DNA from: Giardia intestinalis
Lineage: Eukaryota
Length of the DNA stretch: 64,000 nucleotides
NCBI GenBank assembly: GCA_000002435.2
Contig: CM018792.1
Strand: one strand, 5' to 3'
Part shown: in pieces, positions 9,560-17,022 of the stretch
How positions within the stretch are numbered: the stretch's first letter is position 1
How the letters are laid out: every line of letters starts with the position of its first letter
Translations under genes and position numbers: made by a program
Notes under the pieces: model-generated
Database searches by the model: none
Seen by the model: only the letters and a program-made list of their open reading frames with translations
What the model was told of the DNA's origin: nothing

Positions 9560-10313
9560 GCCGGACGTCCTCGGGCCCGTCCTCGCTGGCCACGAGAGCC
9601 TCGTCCTCCGGGGACAAAGGCCTCCTGAAGGCTCTTCGCGGCAGGACATACGCTGCGACGACGCCCGAGAGCGTGTAGGGAACGCCCTCCCAGGGGGGAT
9701 AGAGCATCACCTGGGCCATGAGGACGGTGACGAGGATGACGCCCCACGCCGGGATGGGGCACCGGAAGCAGCAAGTGAACGACTTATGCCCGGACAGCCG
9801 GATCCCCATAATCGTCAGGAATACCAGCAGGGGTCCGGGCCCCATGTTCGCATTGCTTGTCCACTGGGCGGCGAAGTACGGGACGTCCCGGAGGCCGGGG
9901 GTGAGGGCGAGGAGGGCCGTGAGGGCCGACGTCAGAAGGGAGACGCAGGGGACCGCAAAGGCGAGGAGCCCGAGAAAAACCTTCCAGCCGACGGTCCGCT
10001 CCAGTAGGAACGCAGAGTTCCAGCCGATCAAGGCGAAGAGGGCTCCCTGGAAGACGGACTCCGGGAGAACAGGGGCGCTGACCAGCCGCCAGAGCTCCAG
10101 GTCCTTGTATGCACGCTCCATATTGATGGAGAGCCAGATTGCAGCCTGGAAGCCCCCCGCCAGCGAGGCCAGCGACAGGGAAAGGCCGGCGAGCAGCTCG
10201 AGGGCAAGAAGGCAGAGTGCACACCGGGGCATCGCGAGAAGCGCAGCTCCGAACCTGTGGCAGCATCCCGCTGGCCGTGCCGGGGGGTCGTCAGGTTGCA
10301 TGCCGGGGGGCAT
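9501..10313 (-). CDS. Multi-pass membrane protein (~5-6 TM helices); weak Derlin-like WRL motif after TM1 (speculative)
   Basis: The ORF-track start at 10316 is TTG. The ATG at 10313 gives MPPGMQPDD. Clear hydrophobic helices are present (LLAMPRCALCLLALELLAGLSLSLASLAGG, FLGLLAFAVPCVSLLTSALTALLAL, PLLVFLTIMGIRL, WGVILVTVLMAQVMLY). The motif LELWRLVSAPV is reminiscent of the Derlin QxWRLxTxF motif. The 3' end overlaps the convergent gene at 8267-9559 by ~59 nt. Confidence 0.5.
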   Translation of the reverse strand: MPPGMQPDDPPARPAGCCHRFGAALLAMPRCALCLLALELLAGLSLSLASLAGGFQAAIWLSINMERAYKDLELWRLVSAPVLPESVFQGALFALIGWNSAFLLERTVGWKVFLGLLAFAVPCVSLLTSALTALLALTPGLRDVPYFAAQWTSNANMGPGPLLVFLTIMGIRLSGHKSFTCCFRCPIPAWGVILVTVLMAQVMLYPPWEGVPYTLSGVVAAYVLPRRAFRRPLSPEDEALVASEDGPEDVRPTETLPPPAEEFRGRGRSL

Positions 10314-10324
10314 CAAAATTATAA
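10314..10324. promoter_or_regulatory. 11-nt A/T-only bidirectional initiator between divergent ATGs (CAT caaaattataa ATG)
   Basis: Read directly. It lies inside otherwise very G+C-rich DNA. Confidence 0.5.
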
Positions 10325-11665
10325 ATGCCTATCAGCGATGGCATCCCGACGGCCATCCTCACAGCCCACCGGGGACGCATTCGGGCGCTGCTTCTGACAC
10401 TCCACGGCCAGCTGGGCCTCCGGGAGGTTGTCTTTGCAGCCCTGGCCAACCTTTCCCTGCTCGAGCCCCCAGGGCCCGCTGCGGCACCCACGCCCCTCCC
10501 CGACTATGATTGCTGCGAGCTCTACCAGGTCGTCACCAGGTCTCGCCGTAACCTCCTCCAGTGGCTCCCCCCGCTCCACTTGACCCTTGAAGACCTCCGG
10601 CGTGTCCAGACGCGTGTCCGGGGCGACGCCGAGCTCCTCACGTTCTTCCTTGTTGTGAAGCAGCACGTCACCCGGCTCCGATACACCCACCCCCTGGCAC
10701 AGCCTGGAGGTCCCGGGCTGGCTGCCGCCCCCGAGGCAAGCGCCCGCTGTCGGGACATCGGGTACGCCGCAGCAGACCTCCGAGGGTCAACGCGCGCCAG
10801 TCTGGACCCCGCAGACCTTCTGGGCGGCCCCTTGGAGGACCCGGCGCTGGCTGTCTGCCGCACCCTCCGGGGCCTTCATCCGGCTCCCTGGGTCCTTCCC
10901 ATGGGCGTCCTTGCGCAGCACTACGGCACGTTTCTGCAGCGATCCGGGGTCCAGGGGCCGTTCTTTGTGCGCGTCGTCCAGATGCCCCCGATCACGCCCT
11001 CGGGTGGCCAGGAGTCTCGCCGGCTGTTTTCGCGCCGCCAGTTTCTTGAGGTCGGGCTGTACGTGCGGGCCGGAAGCACGCTCTACACGCTCCTCCTTCC
11101 TCTCGTGGCCGTCGGGCGCGCCCTCCATCACCTCGCCGTGGCCACTCGACTTGCCGCCCCCTGGCCGCTGCTCCTGTCTCCAGACCTGCTCCTGGCAGTC
11201 CGTGTCTCCCCCATCGGCTTCGCCGTCCACGTCCTCTCGACGTTCTGGACCGTCTGCGTCATCTACATCTTTCAGCTCGCGAGCGTTCCCAGCCTCGCCG
11301 CCCTGGCCGCCCTCTACTGGAAGACCTACGTCGTCACGTACGCCGCCAAGGCCCTCATCTACAGCACCGCGAACTTCCTGCCGCCCGCGCCAATCGTCGA
11401 GTTCATCAAGTCTGCAGACCCCGTGGGGGCCGAGGGCGTCCTCTACCACGCGTTCTTCGACGACTTCTTCCGCGAGGACTGCGAGCAGCGGGCCCATGGG
11501 GGCTACCGGAGGGTCGCGCAAGCCCCGGCTGTCTTCAAGCTCCTCGAGGAGGCGAACATCAATCTTCCGCAGCCCCAGGGGCCCCGCATGCACAGCGCCG
11601 CAAGGCTTGTGCTCCTGCTGTTGGCCACGCTGCTTCCAAGCTTCGACCCTCAGAGACGCTTCTAG
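10325..11665 (+). CDS. Hypothetical protein (446 aa) with hydrophobic C-terminal half
   Basis: The ATG sits in catcaaaattataaATG. This is an A/T-rich initiator shared head-to-head with the gene at 9501-10313. The sequence is non-repetitive. Hydrophobic segments are visible (LYTLLLPLVAVGRALHHLAV, FAVHVLSTFWTVCVIYIFQLASVPSLAALAALYW). The stop lies 7 nt before the next ATG. Confidence 0.55.
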   Translation: MPISDGIPTAILTAHRGRIRALLLTLHGQLGLREVVFAALANLSLLEPPGPAAAPTPLPDYDCCELYQVVTRSRRNLLQWLPPLHLTLEDLRRVQTRVRGDAELLTFFLVVKQHVTRLRYTHPLAQPGGPGLAAAPEASARCRDIGYAAADLRGSTRASLDPADLLGGPLEDPALAVCRTLRGLHPAPWVLPMGVLAQHYGTFLQRSGVQGPFFVRVVQMPPITPSGGQESRRLFSRRQFLEVGLYVRAGSTLYTLLLPLVAVGRALHHLAVATRLAAPWPLLLSPDLLLAVRVSPIGFAVHVLSTFWTVCVIYIFQLASVPSLAALAALYWKTYVVTYAAKALIYSTANFLPPAPIVEFIKSADPVGAEGVLYHAFFDDFFREDCEQRAHGGYRRVAQAPAVFKLLEEANINLPQPQGPRMHSAARLVLLLLATLLPSFDPQRRF

Positions 11666-11672
11666 TCAAAAA

Positions 11673-12623
11673 ATGGAAGAGGTCGTCATTGCCACGGGGA
11701 GCTACGACGGGTCGATCAAGCTCTGGCGGCCGACCTCTGAAAGTGCGCTCCGCACGCTGAACTTCGGAAAGGTCGCCAACGGGCTGGCCCTCAGCGCGGA
11801 CCGGAAAGTCCTGCTTGCAGCCGGGTTCTCCGCCACGACCGTTTATGACCTCGGCTCTGCCGGGCGGGACCCAGTCGCCGCCTTCGACGGACACCTCTCC
11901 AACGTCACAGGATGCTGCTTTCTCCAGGGCGACTCGACCGTCGCCAGCGTGGGCGAGGACGGACGCCTTCTGCTCTTCGACACCCGCGGGGGGAAGCAGA
12001 CTAGCTGCATCGTCCACGACGCGGCCCTCAACACGCTCTCTGTCGCGTGCGACCGGGGGGATGCGGCGCTCCTCGTCACGGGAGATCAGGAGGGTCGCCT
12101 GCTTGCGTACGATCTGCGCCAGCCCCGGCACCCCTTCGCAACGACGGTCGCGTTCGAGTGCGACGTCGGCGTCCGTTCGGTCAGCTGCGCCCCGGGGGCT
12201 CAAATCCTCGCGTGCTCTGACGGGCGGGGCATCGTCCGCGTCTACGCCTACAAGGGCAGCAGCCACTTCTTCGCGCCTCAGCAGTCCATCCAGGCGCACT
12301 TGGATGCCGTGATGCACGTCAACCTCTCTCCGGACGGGGCCGTCCTGGCGACGTGCAGCGCCGACAAGACTTGCAAGATCTGGTCCGTTGCTCTTGAGGA
12401 GGACTGCTATCTGACGCGCGCCCGCGTGCTGGGGACAAACGAGGCCACGGTCTGGGCGAGCGCCTTTAGTGCGGACTCGGCGTGCATCATCACGGCCGCA
12501 GACAAGAGCGCGAAGCTCTGGAACATCGCGGGCGACCCGACCGACAAGTATGTCTACGCCTACAACGGGCACTCGCACACCGTGACGACGGTGGTTCTCG
12601 GAGACGTCCGCCTTCCCCTGTGA
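11673..12623 (+). CDS. LST8: LST8 (G-beta-like, TOR complex subunit), 316-aa seven-WD40 protein
   Basis: The ORF-track ORF 10911-12623 carries a spurious Ser/Pro/Arg-rich N-extension overlapping the upstream gene. The real start is aaaaaATGgaagag ([18 protein letters not shown]). It aligns by eye with human MLST8 along its length. Examples: VILATAGYDHTVRFW; LATCSADQTCKIW against [37 protein letters not shown] against [31 protein letters not shown] against YNGHSHTV. Confidence 0.8.
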   Translation: [316 protein letters not shown]

Positions 12624-12657
12624 TTCCCTGCGCCGTTCCCTGCGCGCCTGCAAAAAG

Positions 12658-13842
12658 ATGCTCTATAGCGCTTCAGATGTCGAACGCGTTCCTACGGACT
12701 CCCGAATCTGCGTCCTCCTGACCACCCTCTTTACCGTCCCTCCCGGCGGCGATCCTGCCGAGCCGAGCCAGCGGTGCCCGCGCAAGACGTTTATCTCGGC
12801 GATCCTCGAGGGCTCTGGCCGCGGGCTGCAGGGCTCCTGGGAGGAGGTCGCAGAGCCCGTCTGCCTGCTCGAGGCGTACGATCCCGCCCTGCCCTACGCG
12901 ATCCGGGTCGCAGCGGGCGCCGGCCGGGTCGCCCGGGACCCGACGCTCCCTGCCTCGCACTACCTCTATGCCGCACACAAGCAGGGCCTCTCCGTGGGCT
13001 GCCCACACTATGTCCGGGGCTGCCTCCTCTACTGCGCAGTCTGCGGAGAGCGCTCTCCATGCCGCTTCTGCCACGATGCCTCCCACGACGACCACGAGTT
13101 CCCGCGGACCCGCACGGCAGAGGTCTTCTGTCTCTTCTGCCGCGCCACCGGCCCCATCGGGCTCCGCTGCACACACTGCCAGATGCCCTTCGGGACGCGC
13201 TACTGCGAGACGTGTCGCCTCATCTGCGGAATGGGCCGCGAGGGGCGTCCGAGCTTCCACTGCGCCCGCTGCGGGACGTGCCGGCAGGGCCTTCCGGGGT
13301 ACTCGGAGCACTGCGAGCGTTGCGGGACATGCCACACAGTCGCCCTTGGCCAGGTTCACGCGTGCGCGCCGGACCCCGGGAACTGCGTCTACTGCCTCGA
13401 CGGCCTCCGGGACAACATCTACCCGTACATCGTCCTTCCCTGCGGGCGCCACTCGTGCCACCGCCACTGCTACGAGGCCGTCTTTCGCCTGGGTGGGGCG
13501 AACTACAAGTGCCCGGTCTGCCGCCGGCTCGTCCTCTTCGGGCAGGACAGGGAGCTCTACGAGGCGCGCCTGGAGGAGCTCCGGGGATCGCTTGCGGTCC
13601 CGCCCGAGTACCGGGGCGTCTTCGTCGACTGCGCATGCCACGAGTGCGGCGGGCTCTTTGTCGCCCGGCGCCACCACCTCTACCGCTGCCCGGGCTGTGG
13701 CTCCCACAACGCCGCCGAGCGCGGGCTCTTCAGAGGCGCCGCCGCAGACGCGCGCCGCGCAATCGCGCTCCAGGCCCGCTCCGGGGCGTTTACTAGAACA
13801 GGGCGTCAAGGGCCGCCTCCAGCTGGGCCCCAAACTGGGTAA
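12658..13842 (+). CDS. RCHY1: CHY zinc-finger + CTCHY + RING-H2 + C-terminal zinc-ribbon E3 ubiquitin ligase (Pirh2/RCHY1 type)
   Basis: Motif order: GCPHYVRGCLLYCAVCGERSPCRFCHD..H (CHY finger); CLFCRATGPIGLRCTHCQMPFGTRYCETCRL..FHCARCGTCR..EHCERCGTCH (CTCHY); CVYCLDGL..PYIVLPCGRHSCHRHCYEAVF..YKCPVCRR (RING-H2); CHECGGLFVARRHHLYRCPGCGSHN (zinc ribbon). The ATG is preceded by tgcaaaaag. Confidence 0.8.
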   Translation: MLYSASDVERVPTDSRICVLLTTLFTVPPGGDPAEPSQRCPRKTFISAILEGSGRGLQGSWEEVAEPVCLLEAYDPALPYAIRVAAGAGRVARDPTLPASHYLYAAHKQGLSVGCPHYVRGCLLYCAVCGERSPCRFCHDASHDDHEFPRTRTAEVFCLFCRATGPIGLRCTHCQMPFGTRYCETCRLICGMGREGRPSFHCARCGTCRQGLPGYSEHCERCGTCHTVALGQVHACAPDPGNCVYCLDGLRDNIYPYIVLPCGRHSCHRHCYEAVFRLGGANYKCPVCRRLVLFGQDRELYEARLEELRGSLAVPPEYRGVFVDCACHECGGLFVARRHHLYRCPGCGSHNAAERGLFRGAAADARRAIALQARSGAFTRTGRQGPPPAGPQTG

Positions 13843-16270
13843 GCCGGTGGCTAGGCTCATCACAAAACCCTTTTGGTACTTCACTTTCTGCAAGTATCAC
13901 TTGCCCTGGTGCAGAGGTTTCCGTAGACCCTAAGAGAGACCAGGTATTGTTGAAGGCTTGTGGTTGCTCTTCTATGCAAGGCTCTCTCTTTGTGTGTCCA
14001 CCTAATGCACGAATCATTTGTCTGCCACTGGCCCGTGTGCTTATTAGTGCATACACCTGCCCGTCAGGGCTACAATCTACCCCGCATACTCTATCTCGCT
14101 TATGCCGTTTTTCAAAAATGACTACCTTTTCTTCTATTGCACCGTTCGCTAGCTTAAAAAGCATGCCCTTATCATCACCAATTCCAAAGACATAATGACG
14201 ATCGTTACTGTCAGGATGCGGAGATAGACAAACTTGGTGTATTATTGGCAGGCTGATACTTAGAGGCCGCTTCCTATTAGAATCCTGCTTCTTTGTAGAG
14301 ATACTTGAGTCCCTAATAAACTTATAGTAAAATATTCCTGCTGGGCTGGTGATGCAGACAGAGGTATCACCGACGGCACACATAGTTCTTCGGGTTCGGT
14401 AAGATGAACTCTTTCCTCTAGTCGCTAATAGGTCGAACCTCTCCAGCACCTTGATGCTCACGGGAAAAGGGTGACCATTCTCACTCTTTTCTGAACCGGA
14501 GTAAATAATCTCATAGACGCGCAGCTCCAAGTGGTGCTTATCAAGCTCTGCGTCCCCGAGTACTGCACAGAAATAATGGCCATTTCTAGAAACTCCAGCT
14601 GCTTCCACCCATATGGGAATATCCCCAAGACCATCGCAGATGTCCCAATTAAATACCTCGACAATGCCTGCGTCGGTGAACGTGAAGACCTTAGCCTCTA
14701 GCTGGCTAACAGTTAAAAACAAATCGCAATTAGGAACAGACAACAGAGGAGCCAGCAACTTCACAGACGTGCTGTGCGGCCGAAAAATTTGGGCGAGACA
14801 GATGGAATCGTCAAAACGGCCAGTAGCACGATAAGCATAGAGCACCTCCTCTTGGTGAACATTGTGCGTCAGTTTTAGTCCTGTAACAGCAAGCAACAAA
14901 GATCCGTTAGCCAGCGCAGCGAAGTGAAGGATATGCGGAGGATCCGAGATTTCACATCGAGAATAGACTTTGTTTCGTTGTATAATAGTCACTATATCAG
15001 TTGAGTTCGTGGGTAGCAAAGCAGAACTTGGTATATTTTCTACCCCGTGGAAAAGCTGGATGTCTCCTGGAGACCCATCAGCTAGTATGCTGAGCTGGTC
15101 GTTCTCGCCATATAAGAAGATTCCTGGAGTATCCTTTGGTGTGTAACGCAAATTTCTAGCTGGAGAGACTAACCCATGCCTCTGAGCCATAATGACACCA
15201 GCAGCGGTATCTATCAAATACATTGTGTTGGTTGCTGTAACTACGCACGCCGTCTGGGAGTAGGTAAGAGAGGTTGGAGAGAAGATTGACGGACAAGGGC
15301 ACGAGATGTACCGTACCGGTCCAACCACAGCCGGTCCAAATTGCGGAGTATAATCAAGAAGCGAAAGATTGACCACGATTGTTTCCTCTCCTCCCAGTAG
15401 GACCTTAGGAGTGGCAGTGGTGGCATGAGCAACAGCCAACGCACTGATCCCATTTTTATTCCAATGGAACCGAACATGCTTTGATTGAGCAACAGTGGTT
15501 CCTATTGGTATGCCTTCAAAGCGGTACAGAGCCCCGCGAAGATCACCCATCAAGAATCCATAGGAGGTGCGATGGTTAAACGCAACCAACTGAGTAATAC
15601 AGGCGTCATGAGACATTGTGGAATAGTTATCTGGAAGCCTTCGTGGGGAGTCGGGCCTAGAATGCGGAAATCTGGCAAAGAAAAGCGTACAATCAATAGC
15701 TATATAAATGACGTCATCTGAAATGATTAGTCGACTGCTCGTCCGCTGCAAAGTAAGTTGGTCGGGAGTGACAGGCGGGGGATTCAAACAGACTACATCA
15801 GATAGGTCAAAGACGGCCTTACGCGGGTTGTTGGCTGCAGCCGAGAGACTGTACAAGATGAGAAAATGGGTTCTGTTCTTCGCTGCTTTGGCTTCCAGTA
15901 AGAAGACAAACTGATCAGATCCATCACACTGTGCACACGCAACAAATTCTGGCTCGTGCTGCAAAATGGATCCGTCCTTAGTCTTTTTGGGCCCCTTGTC
16001 CTCTGGTAAGGAGACTTCAAGCGAGAAGTCCCCCGTCCGTGTATTGTAAATAGAGAATCGATGCTTCGAGAGGATGAGAAGCTGTGAATCTGATGCGCGT
16101 AGGAACAAGAGTTGGACTATCCGCCGTTTATGTGTTGGTACTACCTTCAAGAGAGCAAGTGTCACTGGAGACAGTGCAATTATGGAGTCTCCGGTGGCAG
16201 AATAGATTGCGCTACCATCTGGAGCAAATGCAGGAGGGCAGGACGCCATAAAGCCACCGAATGCATCCAT
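13793..16270 (-). CDS. WD40/beta-propeller protein (825 aa), possibly t-UTP UTP17/WDR75-like nucleolar SSU-processome component
   Basis: ATG MDAFGGFMAS. The N-terminus pattern GGFMASCPPAFAPDGSAIYSATGDSIIALS resembles WDR75 (GGSELNFRRAVFSADSKYIFCVSGDFVKVYS). Multiple WD-like blades run through the protein. The 3' end overlaps the convergent RCHY1-like gene by ~50 nt. The stop TAG is embedded in AGTAAAC on the minus strand. Function is low confidence. Confidence 0.7.
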   Translation of the reverse strand: MDAFGGFMASCPPAFAPDGSAIYSATGDSIIALSPVTLALLKVVPTHKRRIVQLLFLRASDSQLLILSKHRFSIYNTRTGDFSLEVSLPEDKGPKKTKDGSILQHEPEFVACAQCDGSDQFVFLLEAKAAKNRTHFLILYSLSAAANNPRKAVFDLSDVVCLNPPPVTPDQLTLQRTSSRLIISDDVIYIAIDCTLFFARFPHSRPDSPRRLPDNYSTMSHDACITQLVAFNHRTSYGFLMGDLRGALYRFEGIPIGTTVAQSKHVRFHWNKNGISALAVAHATTATPKVLLGGEETIVVNLSLLDYTPQFGPAVVGPVRYISCPCPSIFSPTSLTYSQTACVVTATNTMYLIDTAAGVIMAQRHGLVSPARNLRYTPKDTPGIFLYGENDQLSILADGSPGDIQLFHGVENIPSSALLPTNSTDIVTIIQRNKVYSRCEISDPPHILHFAALANGSLLLAVTGLKLTHNVHQEEVLYAYRATGRFDDSICLAQIFRPHSTSVKLLAPLLSVPNCDLFLTVSQLEAKVFTFTDAGIVEVFNWDICDGLGDIPIWVEAAGVSRNGHYFCAVLGDAELDKHHLELRVYEIIYSGSEKSENGHPFPVSIKVLERFDLLATRGKSSSYRTRRTMCAVGDTSVCITSPAGIFYYKFIRDSSISTKKQDSNRKRPLSISLPIIHQVCLSPHPDSNDRHYVFGIGDDKGMLFKLANGAIEEKVVIFEKRHKRDRVCGVDCSPDGQVYALISTRASGRQMIRALGGHTKREPCIEEQPQAFNNTWSLLGSTETSAPGQVILAESEVPKGFCDEPSHRLTQFGAQLEAALDALF

Positions 16271-16302
16271 TCTAATAATTGTATTTCTTTTTAGTCATAG
16301 AA
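16271..16302. promoter_or_regulatory. 32-nt A/T-rich bidirectional promoter between the UTP17-like and RNase PH-like genes
   Basis: tctaataattgtatttctttttagtcatagaa lies between CAT (16268-16270) and ATG (16303). Confidence 0.45.
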
Positions 16303-17022
16303 ATGGTCCCTGCTCCTTTCCTTGACCAGGACCGCTGTTTTGAGTGGTTTCTAGAAGAGGGTGCACGAGAGCTAGAGGCACTCCACAAGTGTGCGTCCCC
16401 CGTGCAAAACGCCATTTTTGTTCAGCACACTTCTCCAATTTCTGATTCGTCTGCAGGGTCTGTGACTGTGGAACTAGGTGGAAGCAAGGTGGCGTGCTCC
16501 ATCACCCTCCAACTTGTAGAAGAAGGAAATCCAGCTATTGTGATAGCGGTAGATTGTGGTCCTTTAGCAGCACATAAAGCCCTTGGGCGGCAGATTCACG
16601 AAATCCTCTCGAAAGTTTCTTTACACTTTGAGGAGCCGGCAGTGGAGACAGGGTGGTTACTTCAATATTCGGTTTCCTTGTCCTTGATTGTTCCTGGCCC
16701 TTCCAACATACCTGCCTTAGCAACTGCTTTCAGTGAATGCTTTAAGGCTGCTACTAGACCTGCAGATTTGTATGCAGACCAGAGTCCTCGCGTCCCTATT
16801 CTAGATCCTTCCGTTGAGCCTCTTCTGGCATCCCGCTTTACCTATGTTTCTTCCAAGTCAGGTGTAATCCAGATCAGGAACCCAACGGTAACCCAGTCAA
16901 AGATATCTGCAGGTCACATGGACATAATAATGCAGGGTGAGTCTATTTACTTTCTGGATGCCTACAATGTCCCTGCGGACATGATGAAGAGATTCTTCCA
17001 ACTTCTTAGACAGAGTTCCTAA
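16303..17022 (+). CDS. RNase PH-like domain protein (239 aa), probable RNA-exosome ring subunit (Rrp46/Mtr3/Rrp41 class)
   Basis: The ORF-track start at 16279 is TTG. The first ATG is at 16303 (MVPAPFLDQ). The segment SDSSAGSVTVELGGSKVACSIT resembles the RNase PH motif [22 protein letters not shown]. The size is typical of exosome PH subunits. It is divergent from the gene at 13793-16270 across a 32-nt A/T-rich spacer. Confidence 0.55.
   Translation: MVPAPFLDQDRCFEWFLEEGARELEALHKCASPVQNAIFVQHTSPISDSSAGSVTVELGGSKVACSITLQLVEEGNPAIVIAVDCGPLAAHKALGRQIHEILSKVSLHFEEPAVETGWLLQYSVSLSLIVPGPSNIPALATAFSECFKAATRPADLYADQSPRVPILDPSVEPLLASRFTYVSSKSGVIQIRNPTVTQSKISAGHMDIIMQGESIYFLDAYNVPADMMKRFFQLLRQSS

Noticed and set aside
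10911-11672. N-terminal 254 codons of the 570-aa ORF-track ORF ahead of LST8
   Set aside because: It is a Ser/Pro/Arg-rich alternative frame of the upstream gene. LST8 homology begins exactly at the internal ATG 11673, which has an A-rich initiator.
11559-12653. 364-aa minus-strand ORF antisense to LST8
   Set aside because: Arg/Gly/Asp/Val-rich junk translation. The sense strand has full-length LST8 homology.
5523-13842. Horizontal-transfer origin for the G+C island
   Set aside because: Its genes (LST8, Pirh2-like, ankyrin 21.1) are eukaryotic or Giardia-specific. They are intron-less like the rest and use the same A/T initiators and AGTRAAY signals. A compositional rather than a foreign origin is more likely.
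12673-13893. 406-aa minus ORF and 340-aa/321-aa plus ORFs overlapping the RCHY1-like gene
   Set aside because: They are Ala/Arg/Gly/Pro-rich G+C-artefact frames. The 12658-13842 frame carries the ordered CHY/CTCHY/RING cysteine patterns.
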